Shown here piece by piece: positions 25,101 through 39,400 of a stretch of 64,000 bases of DNA. Origin of the DNA: Raillietiella orientalis (lineage: Eukaryota); the NCBI GenBank assembly GCA_036172245.1, contig JAYWIR010000039.1:620001-684000 (forward strand), read 5' to 3'. How positions within the stretch are numbered: the first letter of the stretch is position 1; the number at the start of each line of letters is the position of its first letter. Under the pieces are notes generated by a model, which did no database searches, had not been told where the DNA came from, and was given only the letters and a program-made list of their open reading frames with translations. The position numbers and the translations under genes were made by a program.

Positions 25101-28100
25101 TCCACCGGACAATTAAGTGCGTATTCGATCGACCGATTCCATCAGATCCCCCTTTCTTCCCCTTTTTTCTCTCCTTCGTCCTGCGCTTTCTCCTCTTGCC
25201 TTCCTTAATTTTCCTCCACCCCCATCCCCCACCCTCGCGACATGTAGTTCCCCTTGCTGTTCGCCGGTCTCTGAGGGCAAGCGTTCGTTGTCTAAGGGAC
25301 CGTTGCTACGGGAGCGACCGGCGCGAATCCGAACGCCAGCCGAAACAACGCAGCGTCGTCGCTCCACAATCCACGCTCCACCATTTTCCCGCCATCCTTT
25401 CCTCGACTCTGCATGGTTGCCTCCCGTAAGGATTTTTTCCGTCTTGCACATTGTGTGTTCTGGACATTTCCAGGCGGCGTGTGGACGCGTGGTCAGTGCT
25501 CGGCGTTCCTGTTCTCCCAGATGCTCCGACCAAAAGATGGGCAGCGCCGTGAAGTGGGGGGTGGGGAGGTTTTTTCTTTTTTTTGACTGCAACCAGCACC
25601 ATTTTGCATCGGTGAAGCACCAAAGCAAACCCCTCGTGCTGAGAAAGGTGTCGCTCCTCCCGTTCTTACCTCCCATTCCTCCCGATTCTTCGGCCGGACC
25701 TCTTCAAGAACGCAGTTTTACGCAGTGGCACCGTTCCACATTGCAGTGGATGAAATTACAGCCCTGCGTTACATTACATTGCCTCCTAGTCAACGTTGTA
25801 CACGCAGACGGAGAATCCCCGGCGTAGTCATAGGAAGAGGCTTTCACGCGGATTCGCATGACCTCTCTGGCGACTTCATAATAGTAAGGGGTGAGTTGTT
25901 TACTTCTAGGGGAGAGGTTGGGAGAGTTTCCTGTTTTCAGGAGGAAACGAGAGTGGCCCCTTTTTTTTTTTTTTTTTTTTTTGTTTCTGAGTGGCTTTGT
26001 CGCTCGGATGGGAGCTTTCGAAATCTTTTGTAGGTCCCTCCAGATCCGATCCGATCCCCGGCCGAAGAAATTCCTCTCCTCGGAGATACCGTTGCGAGTG
26101 TGACCCGGAAGCCCTTGGCGACCTATTTTTTCCCCCGCCGGCCCAGGCTGTTGAACCACATGTTTTAACCCGGGGACTGGGTTTATTTCACCTCAGGTTC
26201 GCTTGCATCCGGGCAGTAAGGAAAGGCGAGGTAAGCAAGGATTCCTGTTCCTCTCTGGGAGACGGGTGGTGGTGGGTTGGTGGTGGTCGAGGCCGCACAC
26301 CGTCGCGGTGGCCGACCTGGCACCGGCTCGGCAGGGGCTCACCTCGCTCGGTCTTGGCCGCGAACCTTGAGGAAAGGGTGGGGAGTTAATGGGGTGTGAA
26401 CGGCGATGTACACCGAAGGAGAACGCGACGAGTTTACCGTGTACCGAGCACACTGCACGGTCGGGAACTTGCTCAGGAACCTCTGGGGAAATCACGCTCC
26501 CGGAGCGGTGCCGAAAGGAGGTGGCGGCGGCACAGAGGGCCGGGATCGGGCCGCAAAGGACTTCTGACTCTGGGTACTTCGCGATGGAGGTTGGACTTTC
26601 CCGCTGCGTTTTTCCCTTGCACCTCCTTCGGCAGTGTCAACGGTGGGAGTGGGAAGGGGGAAGGGGAACGGGGGGCGCTAGGAGTCTGGGAGGTGGTGAC
26701 GGTGGTCAGCCTTGACTGCCCCCTCCGCTTGTCGGCGAGGATTCGCAGCCATCACCTACCTTTGCAGGTACCACGCCTTACGGGTCCCTGCGTCCGGACG
26801 TGCACCCGGCGTTAGCGCGTGCGTGCGGCTGACGCAATTGGGAGGAAAGCGCGGAGGAAGAGCGGCTGCCTCCGAGATGAGCTCGAGTCGCGGATGGTAG
26901 GAGTTTCCTCAGGTCTCTCAGGAGGCGGCGGAGGAAGGGAGAGCCGGGATGCCCTCTTGAGGGCCTCCCGAGAGTCTCGGGGAGAGCAAGGGTCTTCCCT
27001 TTGGTTCCGGAAGTCGGGATAACCACGCGCGGGCAGTTTGCTGCTCCAAGGAGTGGCCGCGCCCCCTTCCGGCAGCACCAGCTCCCTAGTAAAGAGGGGT
27101 CACGTGCGGCAGACGCACGCACTCACCGCCTCCCTTTCGCTGAGGAGACCGCATGTCCATCTCGCGGAAAGACTGCGAGGCGTTGCTCGCTCGGATAGCT
27201 CCAAGCGCTGGTCGTCGTAAGGGGGAAGCAGGGCTCCGGAGAGCTCATCCATTCCGCTCGCTCGCAGGCACGGACGGGTTCCACCTCATATGCGCTCTTT
27301 GGGGCTCCACTGACACTTCCCGTGCGTTTCTTGGGCGCTGCCTTTCATGGTCCCTACGAGGAGGGAAGGGGAAAAGGGCGCTGGGATTTCAAGGGTGCGG
27401 CACCCAGGTGTCGCTCCTTCCAAGCAGCTGACTGCCGTGCTCTCTCACTCCGGAGAGCGGTCAGGGCGACAGAATGGATTTCGACCCAGAAGCAGGGCGA
27501 ACTGACCTGGCGGGTCGGAACTTGCTTGCGTAGCCACGCTGCAATCCCTGAAGCCGACTCCGTGGGGTTCTTTCGCAGCAGACGCACTCCGTTGCCGGCC
27601 GTGCCGGAGGGAATGCTCCGCCGGGCTAGGGACACTTCGCGTACAAACGGTGGTCAGTTCTGGGAGGGGTGGAGGCACCCGGCCAAGGGAGGAAAGGCGG
27701 CGGAAGCGATGCCTGAGGGCATCTCGACCGAGGGAGACGAGGGTTTCCGCCAACCCGCTCGGCATCGGAGGAGAACGAAAGGAGAGAGGAAGGGAAGACG
27801 ACAAGGGTGCAGAAGAGAAGAGCAGGGAGGCAGCGACGTCTCTCCTTTTCTGCCTGTCTGGTGCTGGCCGGAAGCTTGCCGAAGGGAAGGATCTTTGAGG
27901 AGCGTAAGCAAAAAGGAGAGGACTCCCAGAAAGCAGAACGTTCGGGATGTCCACCGCAGCCTCCTGACCCACCGAGAGACGGACTTCGAACGTGGGAAGG
28001 AGAGCAGCTTTTTGGCAGGCCCCTTGGGACTGAGCAGAGGTAGCAGGCATTTGTTGGCTCCGGGGGGCTGGATGGTCCCGCCGAATCACTCAGGAGACTC

Positions 28101-28510
28101 CGCCCTGTTCTCCATGTGCTCTTCCCTCTACCACTCGGGGCGTCCATCTTGAGTCGGGCCTCCTGCCGCAGGCAGGAAGCGGTAGGGCGGTGGCTGAGCT
28201 GCGCGGGACGCGAGACCTCGGACACAAGAGGCGAAAGGGAGTCCCCGGGGCAGGATGGGCAGTGGCGGGGAGACCGCGCACCTACCCTGCTGGAGAGGAA
28301 TGTGATTGGGAGGGGGTGGGGGAGGCACTCCAACTCCGTTCCGGAGCACGCCGGCTCGCTTGCGACCCCGTCCGTCCATCCGGGAGGAGAAGAACGAAAG
28401 GGAAGGGGCAAGCAGCGCCTGCGGCAGGGAGTGTGGGTGGCGGTTGCTGCGCTTCCTCGACTCAGCCCGACGTGCGCGTGCTCTCTTCCCGTGTTCCCTC
28501 AGGTCCGAAG

Positions 28511-30481
28511 ATGGCGGTGCCTCTCGAGTTCCGGTTTCTCTTGTGCTCCTGCCTGCTCCTGAGGATCGTTGCAACTCAAACCCTCGGGGAGGAAGAGAGC
28601 GATCCCAGTGGAACCTCCGCCAACACCACCCAGAAGTTCGGGAACCCGCTGGGCTTCCGGTGCGACTGCTCCAGCGGCGCCTGCGACTTCCCTATCCCAG
28701 AAAAGGCATCCAAGGTGCGTTTGCGCTCTGCGGAGGTGGAATAGGGGTGGAAGGATGGGAACGGAGCCGGCCACGCAACCGAGCCACTGCCATCCCCTTC
28801 CGGCGAGCCGGGCCTCTTCGTGCCCACTGAAGGCTCTTTCCAGGGAATTCAAAGAGTAAGAGATCTGGAAGGGGCATGCTGGACTCTGCAGCAATCGGTG
28901 AGGTATCTTCCATCCCTCCGTTCCCAGGCCAAGAAGGTGAAGGGAGATGTGCTCAGGGCCTTCGGCACAGGCGCCTGATGCTTCCGAAGCTCCCGATTCC
29001 GGGAGGAGGCCCTCCTTTCCCAATGAAGGGGAAGGGAGGGCGACATCCTGCCAACTCCGCTCTCCTTTCCCGTGTCTTTCCAGTGTCTCCCGGGAGAGCA
29101 GTTCTGCTGCTTCACCGAAGCGGCACCCTCTTCCCGGATCGACGAGAGCTCATCGCCCGCCCGCCTTTTGGAGAAAGAGCCCGGGGGGGCGTCGAGATGC
29201 CCCTGCAGGCCCTTCCACGCCTGCCCCAGGGAGCTGATTGACTTCTCCTTTGGCGTACAGTGCCCGGAGGCCCAGGTGCGGTGCTGCAGGAACGACACAC
29301 CCTCCGCACTGAGGGAACCCCTACGTGATGATGCCGCATCCGGGTCGGGCACGCCTCCCCCGCCCCAGGAGGTAAAGGACGCGGCGGCAAGGAGCCGCGG
29401 GACGAACGCCACGACGAATGCCCAGCTCTTCGCCCTGTCGAGGGCGTCCCCGCTCTTCCAGAACCTCTCCGGGGAGAGGCAGGTGCAAGAGCCGCGGAGA
29501 CAGGTGGCGGTGCATCCCTCGGGCGAAGGGATGCCTCCGGCGACAGGCCTCGTGGTCGAGAGGGACTTCGTGCCCATCATTACCGAGGAGGTTGTTGGGG
29601 GCACCCCCTCCGAAGAGATCCTTCCTGCCCTGGTCGCCCCCTCTCCGGCGGAGGATGGGTCCGACTTCAGCGCGGTTTTCCGGCTGCGAGATGGCCCACG
29701 CGACTCGCCGGGAGCAGGACCGCCCCAAGATCCCGTGGCCCCCATCGCGTACTTCGCTACAGGCCAGCAGCCGACGGCCGGAGAGCGCTTCCACCAGCCG
29801 CATCCTCCCCCGCTGGATGCTCAGGGGATGAGCCCACCTCCCTCTCCATCCCTCGACGGGAACGCCTGGAAGAGCTTCAGCCCACCGTCTCCTCCTAGGG
29901 AAGGAGCGTTCCTTCCGCAGACGCACCCGAACGGGCCGCCCCCGGCTCCCCCGGTCCAAGTTGAGAAGACCGCGGCTTTCCAGAGCGCGGGCAAGACGCA
30001 GTTTCCTCCGAAGATGCTCTCCGGGGAGACGGGGCTGCATCCGCCTCCCTTCCACCCGTTTCCCGGCGGGGACCGGCTCGTGCCCCCCCCACCGGGGTCT
30101 TTGTTCGTGCCACCGCCGCCTCCGCCTCCCGCCACCGGCGTGGGCATCCTGCAGACCGCTGTGTTCCCCCCTCAGCGGCTCCCGGACCGCCACCTCCCGC
30201 CGCCGCCGTCGGCGGAATCCGTCGGACCTCAGGAGGACCCGCAGCGTTTCCCCGCTCGGCCCCCAGCCCTCAGGCTCGAGCGGTTCCCGCGGCCCGTCGT
30301 GGCGGGCGTGGTCATCCGGTCCTCACAGCCGCCCTCCAACCCACCGGAAGTTCCTGCCAGCAGGCGCGTCTCCTTCCCGTTCCCGCCCACCGACCAGCAC
30401 GTCCACGGGCTGTTCGTGAGAGGCTCCCCGGCGACAGCCCCCTCCGGAGAATCCGGCCTACTGGGCAAGCTTTTCGGATGA
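28511..30481 (+). CDS. Secreted protein with two clip-like six-cysteine modules and a long proline-rich tail; exons 28511-28714, 29084-30481 (533 aa)
   Basis: Signal-peptide-like start MAVPLEFRFLLCSCLLLRIVATQT. The splice AAG|GTGCGT...ttccag|TGT is phase 0 and completes C-x-C-x4-C-x10-C-x6-CC; a second module reads C-x-C-x5-C-x12-C-x6-CC. Exon 2 is the longest ORF in the window. N-glycosylation sequons NTT, NAT, NLS. An acceptor at 28502 suggests a 5'UTR intron. Confidence 0.8.
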
Positions 30482-31899
30482 GGGCGCAGACTCCTCCGCT
30501 GCCGGTCCTCCATAAAGAGCGGCTCTCCAGATCGGGTCTTTTCCTTGTCCGGGAAAAGGGGGGGTGGGCAAAAGGCGCGTCAAGAAGTCCCGAGGGCCCT
30601 TCCACGGCACGGTTTCGTCCTCTGACATAGAGTGGGACTCATTATTTCTGCACCAAGAGGATGAAAGGAGAGGAGAATTCCCGGGCATACGAGGAAGCGG
30701 GAGGACAGCAACTTTGGAGAGGAGGAATGGCCTCTCTCCTTCCTCATCCCTGCGCGGTTCTCGGCGGATTGCCCCGGAGAGGGAGGGATCAGCTTCGGCC
30801 AGTCACCACCTTCACAAGACCTTGGAGGGAGAGCGGAAGCGCGTCATGGCCTCTACTGATGATGATCACGGCCGTTCGGCTTCTCTCGTGGCGCGCGCGA
30901 TTGGAGAGGTCTAATCTGCTCCTTTCTGCTCCTCTTCCTTTTTTTCCTTCCGGTGGGGTAGCGAGTACCACCGACTCTTTGCCAGGCATGCGAACTCCAG
31001 AACTTCTTTGTCTCCTCTCCTGCTACGAGCGCGCGCGCACGTCCGATAGTGGTGAGCCGAGGCTATCCACGTCCTCTTGCCTTGCTTGTTTCCGGCCGTA
31101 TCGCCCGGACGCCCATCTCATGGCACTTCCGCGCGCGTCGAAGAAGGAAGGCGGATGGGTGGTGGACACAGATGAGGCCGGGATCCCCGGGCATGCGGCA
31201 GCGACAACCAACTGGAGTGGGGGATCACGCTTCCAGATTCCAAGGGAGCGCTAAACGATTTTTCTTCCTCACTCTACCACGATTGAGGGCACCTTCCGTC
31301 AGACGCGTCTCTTTGCATCCTCGGCAGGCGCTGATCTCAAGGAGTTTTCCTAGCTCCTCGAGGGACGCTTCTCGGACCCCTTGTGACAATTCAGAGACAC
31401 GCCTCCATTCCAATTCGCGGGATCCTGGAAACGCATCCGCGTTCCTTTTCTTCTTCCCCCACCTAGCTCAGCGCTGTGGAACATCGTGCGCGGCCCTCCG
31501 CGCACGCCGTGAGCAGGGTTCTGAGCACCGAGAGCGGAGACTCTGGGCGGCAGCGGTTTCTGGCGGCGTTCGTGCGGTTTCCCAAGAGTGAGGGGAGGAC
31601 GGAAGAGAAGGCTTCCTCTGGCTTTTCGGGAGGCACCAACGATTGGTCCCGAGGAGCTCTGGAAGCGCCTGCTTCCCGCAAATGCCTCCTTCCGGTTGTC
31701 ACGACGAAGCGCTCAGAAGCTTCCGTGTCCCACCACTTCCGCCTCGCATAGTCATATGCGAGGCGGAGAACTGGTGAGCGTGGGCATGAAGGATTGACTG
31801 CGCTCTCTAAAAGACCTCGCTGACGGAGGGATGCGCCGAGACCCCGCGTCTCTCAGCGGACACGAGATCCTGACATCTCCGGGTGGTCACGGAGTGATG

Positions 31900-32630
31900 A
31901 TACTGCACATGTAGCGTCACCTCTTGAAGGTGGGAGCACCCATGTTTCGGAGCTCGCTGTCGACTTCGGAGGTTTACGGGCTCGGAATAGAGGAGGCACC
32001 CTTTGCTCGCAGAACTCAGGCGTGGTAGCTGAGCCTCCTTCAAGAGCTCAGACCGCCCTGAAGGCAAAGTGCACTCGTGCACGTGGACCTGAGTTCGCTC
32101 CAAGGACGTACTCGTCATGAGCTCTTTAGAGGGGCGCTGCTCGCTCTCCGAGTGTGAGCTCTTCTGTAGATGACAGACTAGCAGTAGCTCTTTGGGAACA
32201 AGGAAGAAGCGACCCCTGTGATTCTTCCTTCTTCTCAAGAAAAGACCTTCGTGCTTGAATGTGACCTCTGCCAGAGGGAGAAGAAGGGGCGCAGCCAGCT
32301 GGTGTTCCAGGAAAGAGAAGTCCATGTACCTCCGCTCGGCTAAGGTTAGTTGCTAAGACTCCGAGCGCTCCTAAGCGACACCTATTGCCTGCCCCCATGT
32401 GATTGCCCTCCTATCCTCCTTAACTGCAACTAGTCCGCTCAAGGGTTGCGAAGTTCGGCGCCTCTGTCCGCGACGGGATAAAGGTCATCCATTTTCTGAG
32501 GCTTCGCCAGAGCCATCGCAGGAAATGAGGAGAACTCTGAAAAGCGTCCATCCAACCTCCGTCCGCGTCCTTCTAAGGCTCCAGCTGGGAAGGCGACGGC
32601 ACCATGAGCTCCGGTGGGCCTTATTCTCCA
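31900..32630 (+). mobile_element. Possible decayed LINE ORF2 fragment (endonuclease-RT linker)
   Basis: Frameshifted peptides W*LSLL, RKEKSMY and GKATAP resemble the linker seen in the element at 48660-49270 (EKAKSMY, GAPPGHAGL). Weak support. Confidence 0.25.
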
Positions 32631-35600
32631 AGGATGCACGGGGAGGAACAAGGGGAAGAGATAGTGGTCACAGAGAACCTCCTTAGGAGCGTTCCGTCTC
32701 CCGGTCGATGCTAACTTTTCCAGCAAAGAGCGAATCGACCGTGGTCCCTTGCCTTCTGAGTCAGCCTTGTCAGATGACTGCCTTCTGGAGTCATGACAGT
32801 CTGACTCAAGTCTAGGCTCAACAGCAGCTAGGACGCCTGACAGTCTAGGCTCAACTACAGCTGAGCAACTTCTCAGAAAGTACGGACAGTGGCGACGACG
32901 GAGGAGGAATTATGGCTTCACGCATGCTACTGGAGCCATCCATCGACCAGTAGACGAAGACAAACAAACTGCTCCGAGCCTCGTCCGGGAGCCCCAAGGT
33001 TTCATCCAACTGCCGTTCCGGTCCGCGGCAAGCAGCGGTTCCACTTCATCGTACTGCGACCATGAAGCAAGGGCAAACAGGGACGAAATATGGGTCGCAG
33101 AGGGGTCGGGAGGCCCTGTCATCCAGTGAGAGTAGGCATCGACGCCCCTGAGCATTCGCGCGCTTTGGTCACCGACCCAGAGGATCTGACAGTCGAGACG
33201 ACCGTCTTGCTGCCGCAGCTCCTTCCAGAGGAACTGCTGAGAAAGGACCTGGACGACAGCCACCGCCCACTGCGGAGTCCCTTAGCGCGCACGCCGGAAC
33301 TGGCTCCAGGGAGGGTTTGGTCGCCGAAATCAGGTCTCCCGCGACGCTCCAGCAATCCGTGGCGTCCCGGCGCCGCCCCTTCGCAGCCGGGTTCCCGAAA
33401 TGCGCGCAAGAGGAAAGGGGAGTTTCGCCGGGAAGCCCGTCGCTCCCTCCAGGAATTGGGGGGAGAGAGCGCGGTTGGTGCACCGGGGGCGCGCCTCTTC
33501 GAGCTCCTGGCGGCCGCCATGTGAGACAAGCGCAGGGGCAAGCAGCCTGAGGGGATGCGCCGCGTCTCAGTGCGCGCACCCACCGCAAGTGCGCTCCTCG
33601 AATTCGCGCGGCGCAGGACAGAGAGCGGAAATCTCTACGCGCTCTCCGTTCATTGTTGCGTTTCCTTGGTTACCGGTTCGCCCCCGGTGTTTCTTCCTTG
33701 AATTTTTTATTTTTATTTTTTTTATAATTTTCCGCTGGCACGGAACGCAAAGGTTTCACAGATTTGCAGGCCGCTTCCGTGCACCGCAAGGCAAAAAACT
33801 CGGTGCGGTTTCTTTCTTTCTTCCTCCCTTTGCATCTTTCTTTCTTTCCTTTTTCCGCGCACAAACGAACGCAGGCGAATGCAAGTTTCACTCCGGATGC
33901 GCGCAACACCGCAGGAAGCAAGGAATATACTTTACCTTAAACGTTGCGCAGCTTTCTGGGAGATGGAATTCGGGAAACTGTACAACGTCTGCAAAAAGTT
34001 TCACCGTGTAAACAGTCATTCCAGAACAAACCCAGCAGAAGTGACACTAGACAACTAAGAAAACTTTATAAATCATAGGTTTCGTAGATAAGGCAAAATT
34101 TTTCTGCGGATAAGATATGCGCAAGTGTTGCGAGCATGACGGCGTCCTGGAGAAAACAGATGCTGTTTCTGAATTGAAGTTTTATGCGAACCAACTATAA
34201 ACAGGAACGTGTTGCTCGCACGGGAATAGGCAACTTTCATGACGTCTCTTTCCACTCTGCCTTTTTTTGCTGCAAAAGTGGTCAAACGCCCCTCGTGGAA
34301 CTGTTCCACCGCCCGTTTTTTGCAGTTTCCCGCCCGCCGATTTCGCGTACGCGCCCGGAGACGCCGCCCCGGATAGACGTGGAATCCAGAAGATTCAACA
34401 GATTAATCGGAGGATGCCGTGCTGCAGATCGGTCTGATTCGTGTCCTTGCATGGGGAAGAGCGAGTGGATCGACAACATATCGTTCGCGAAGCGGTGAGC
34501 GCATGCAGCTCCGCTGGCGTCCGGGGGCACATGGCAGCGCGGTCGCGTTTCGCTGCCTGGGAGCAGGTTTCGCAGGCATGCGGGAAAACGGGGTGCATCC
34601 TGGCAAGTTGTGCATTGCCGGTGTCTTCCTGAACGCTCGCAAACTGTTTTCGGAGCGTCCGCCTCCAGACCTCCCTCTCCGCCCGAGCCGTCGGAGATCC
34701 AACGCCAAGTGCCTTCGGGACTTGCAGCGCGTTCCGCGTCTGGCGCCGCCCTGGAAAAATCTCGTGCGCACGATGCAGGCATCTCGAATGGACGCGGATT
34801 CGTCGGGCGTCCCTTCCGAACAAGTTTCCCCTAATCCCGTGCTTCCGAAAGGAAAGCTTCCCTCTTCGAGTTTGCAGCCCTCGGAAGACGAAACGACATC
34901 TTGGAGATGACAAAATGCAAAAGTCTTAAGCCGGGTACCAGACTGTCGCATGCCGGCACTCCGATGCGCGAGCATCAACCCAATCGGGCATGCTCAACGA
35001 TGGCAATCGACACGAAGATGAAAAAGGAATAAGATGCAGATGCCCGTCTGCATCCGGAGACACCATTCGGCTGCTTTCGCCGAGGCCGAGGAAACAAAGT
35101 GGACTTCCTTTCAGCTTTGCGCGCTGCTTTTCTAGGACGAGGAAGAGAATGGCAGCTTCGAGGAGCAGCCAGTTACATGACCGCATCATCTCGTCCAAAG
35201 AGCTCGCACAGAAAACGGATGCGAGTCCGTCCAGAGTCTGCACGACACCCGAAGGAGCAGTTCGCATCACGAGTGCACGCATCGTGACCCTGCTGTGGCC
35301 AGCCACATCCCGCATACCCGCTCCAATTCGCCGGAAGCGCAGAAAACTATTTCCAGGTTTTCGAGAGATCTTGAGCTCTCCAGCAGAGAAGAGCAGACGA
35401 ACGAGCAACTCGATCCGACTGAAAGATTACGTGGCGCAGCTCCAGGATGATGGCCTGACCATCCACAAGATCGGACTGCAGGTGCAGTTGCGACTTTTGG
35501 TGGAAAGGTGTGAACTTTTCACTGGTGGGCTCCGGCACGCCACACTCTCCGGCGATGCTCTGGAAACGCAGGACTTTTCCGCTGCCGCCACGCAACCCAC

Positions 35601-36479
35601 TTGAGAGGACTGGATTTGGCTCCCCCTGAGCCATCTGTCCTCACTTCTGGTAGCTCATCCCTGGAATCCCTTCCATCCCCAGAACGGGAACGTCTAACGG
35701 CACTGGAGTCATGGGTTTCCACTTTGGAAATGGGCGCAGAGAAATACGGCGCCCACTGAGGAAACTCCTATGCGAGCCGCTGGCAGATCTCCAGCAGAAG
35801 TGGACGCAGCGGTCCCGGATAGCCGTCACACCCCTTGGCACAGCACTGCTTTCCCTGAGGGCAGTCGATGGCAGCAGCCAACCGGCGTAGTGAGAGCTGC
35901 CCTGCAAAATTACAAGAGTCGAGAAACTGCGGCTTCGCTGCAGGAGGAGCGAGTCGGTACACGTCGCCACACCTCGTTTCCCGACGAACGGACTGCTCCG
36001 GTGGAGTGCCCTGCCTCGCACAACTCGTGGTCCTTTGCCTGTGTACGGACACTTCCGAGTTCCCGTTCCATTAGGAGCGGGATGCTTTGCGTTTCTTCTC
36101 TGAGCATCCCGGTGCAATGAGCGCAGACACCAGGCTTCCGGGGGAGTTGCCTTCCTGAACTGTTCCAGGTGTGCGGGGCGAACCAAGCGTTCCCCCACCT
36201 CCTGTTGGAACTGCAGCTCCCTGGAGAACATGTGGCAGCGACTCTCTCCGGCGCTTCGTCCACCTTCGTACCCCCCCCCTCCGGACTTGCTGCGTCGGCG
36301 CTCCTTTGCTCAGTGCGGGCTGATGGCGAGCGCCGTGATTTCACATCCGGGTGCGCCTGGGCGTTTAATCCTCTTGCAGGAATCGATGGAGCCAAGAGCC
36401 TCACCGATTGCAATTATTACTTCAGGAAAAAGAGGGAGAGCCGTCGAGGTCCATCACGTACACGACGGAAAGGGGGGAT

Positions 36480-39400
36480 GAAACAAAAATAGAAAATGAA
36501 AACAAACTATAGCAAACAACAAGAAAAAGAAAGAAAAAAAATTAGATTGGAGGAAAGGAAGGGATCACATTTCGTGGCTGGTGAGGCCTCTGCATCCGTT
36601 GAAGGATGTCGGCGAGCTCCAACTTCTCCCTTTCCAGGTGGGGCCACGTCAAAGCTATCTGCAGGAAAGTGATGGCGTGCAGGACAGCCCCCCGTCGCTG
36701 CCGCTTCTCTCGGCGTCGCAGTTCGCCTCGACGACACGGCGCACGCAGCACAGCGCTGCGATTACGGCTGCGGGCGTCATGGCGTCTCGCACGAAGAGGG
36801 GCCTCAAGAGTCACCGGGATTGTTCATGGGGTGCGGAAGTTCCCACAAGTCCCGGAGGGCAACGCACTGCACTATGAGGTGGGGAATGTCTCCTCCCCTC
36901 ACCTGGCACAGATCGGCGATGCGTTTCCCCTCGTCCAGTGGTGCCGGCGCGCATTGCACGGGAGACCCCAGTGCAGTATCAGGAAAAAATTCAAGCGACC
37001 TTGCGCTGGCCAGAGAAGAGCAGCCGACCTACCAGCAGAGGGCTTTCGCGAGGTTTCGCGGACATGCGAAGGGCTGTTCAGGGGAGCTCTCGAAAGCGGC
37101 AGCGGCCCCCGGAAGAAGCGTTTCGTCGATATGGAAACCTTTGCCTCACATCTTCTTGTGCCCAACTGTGCTTTCATTGCAGGGGATGCGCAAGACAACG
37201 CACAACGGCGCCAGACAGCACCGCAGGCCGTTCCGCCAGTGTGGGACGCCGTCAGCGGAACTTCTGCGTTCCACAACGCTTGGGTGAATGCGAATCTCCT
37301 AGTTGCACGAATTCCCCTACTCTCTGGCTGGGAAAATCCGGCTGAAAAGCCCGAAAATCTTCATCCCACTGCACACGCCGCCATCCCACGTTAAGGTTTA
37401 GGATAGGGTACGGTACGGTTTCAGGATGGGTCCCGCCGGGAGTGCCAATCGGTTTCCAAGGCAGCCATCCCACCAACCCGCAACCACGCAGCGATGGACA
37501 TGCGTATCCGGGCATGCCCTCTCGTAAAGTTGGACCTCACGTCAGAGTGGAATCCCCGAGGGATGAAGAATCCGCCGCAACGCGAGAATGGGCGAACCGA
37601 CGACGGCACACCCGCGCCATCTACCATCGGAATGCTCCATCGTGGATTGACTTTCTCCGGAGGAACAGAGCTCTCCGTTTCCAGTTGCTTCTTTGCTGCA
37701 GCCATGCGAAACCCCCCGCAGTGCATCTGGTTGAACTTCCTCGCTGATTCTCCGCTGTCAGCGGCTCCCACACCTGCACAAGGTTTTTCGTAGAGGACTC
37801 GAGTCTCCCTCCCGGTTTCCTTCTCCAGACGCAGACGCCTGCGCTAGATTTTGCCGATCACGGTGACGCATACACGGATCCACTCCTTCGGAAGAAACGC
37901 TATCCCGACAACTGGATTCCTGTGAGGGGAACGTTCGACATCTTCAATGTGACCGCACACCATTTTCCCCTTCGGCCGCACTGCACGCGGTCAGAGTCAC
38001 CCCTATCCGAACCCGCGCTGGCCATTCGCCTCGAGCGCGGCCCACTCCCTTCTCCTCGACCGGTCCTGGTTCCTAGTGCGCACGCCTCGGATCCCAGGGA
38101 GCTCAGTATCGGATGGCTGCACCGCCTCGCGTCTTCCTTGCGCTGCCGCTTCTTGCTTCAAAGGGGCGTTGCTCTCCTCTCCTGCTAGTGCTCCTTAAAC
38201 AACCGAAGGACTACGACGCGACCACTCTCGGGATACCCAAGATCGTCTCGATTCGGGACCGCATATCGTGGTCATCTTGTTTCGGAAAGAAACCCAGACT
38301 TTGATCGGGATCGGAGGGAATCGCTTCAGGCCGAGATGACCCTGCTACACGAGCTGCATCGTTCCTTATCTGCTTCTCCGCCGTCAGCTTGGAGGCGGCC
38401 CTTCACGAATGACGTGTGGGACAGAAGACGCGATGCTTCCTTAAGTGGGCTGGCTGCTCCGAAGACGCAGGGTGAGGGAATCCCAGTTCCGCGATCCGTT
38501 CCCTGGGAATCCGCCCCGCCTTTCCTGGAAACCACTCGGAATTTCCCCTTCCGTTCGCTCCGATCCACGCGTCCTCCGCTCTCCCAGCAGCCGACACTCC
38601 CCCGAGGGCAGCCACCGAGAGGAAGGTCCGCTCCGATGCACTCCGCTCGCGTGTTCTCCTTGACTGCCGGACACACGTCGGGTGAAGAGTTGAGACAGCG
38701 GGCCTTCCGGCTTCCTGCTTGGGTCGCCTGTGGTTCGACCCTTATACCGAGAACTTCAGGCACCTCTTGAATGAGTCGTGCTGGCAGGTCCACGTTCCGT
38801 AGGCACCCATCGCTCTTGCTGGTTCCGCTCTGGCATTACTCGGGACTTGATCTCCCCGCATCCCGTTCCGCATCTGAAGTCCGCTTGGACCCGCGTGTCC
38901 GCGGCCGCCTATTCGGCCCTCTTTTGCCTGCTGCCGCGGTCGCAGTGGGGGACTCGGGCGGCTCGGCTTCGACGGCCGCTTCGTGCCTTTTCCGCAGAAA
39001 GAAAGGGGGGGTCTTTTCCTGAACATGTAGCTTGCGTACCGTCGTTACACATGCGCTGGGACCGCTGCTCCACGCCCTCGCCTGTCTCTTCCCTACCGCC
39101 AACTGCATCCAGGAAGTTCCGAAGGAAGACCGCGACCTGCTCTTGCGTTTGCGACATTCGTGCCGCGTCAGCTCCAAGTTTACTGGACCGTACGACTCTA
39201 GGAAGAAGCACGGGCACAGGCGTGGCTTGCTCCTGCGCGGATTCCGTTCGTTGGCTCCTGCCCTTCCGAGGTTGTCTACACCATCGGGCTGAGCACATAT
39301 TGTGGAGCCATGTGAGCCCGAAAGCAGCGCCTTTGGGCGGAAATCTTCGCGGCCGCCAGTTGACCAGTTGCAGCGCCTTGGAAGAAACGGACGTAACAGC

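Noticed and set aside
22301..28500. Many overlapping 150-320 aa ORFs on both strands
   Set aside because: Arg/Pro/Ser/Gly-rich translations typical of GC-rich non-coding DNA, with no domains or consistent splice structure.
35430..35620. hAT dimerisation-like peptide on - strand (PLKW...SIAGECGVPEPTSEKF)
   Set aside because: Similarity is too weak and requires a frameshift.
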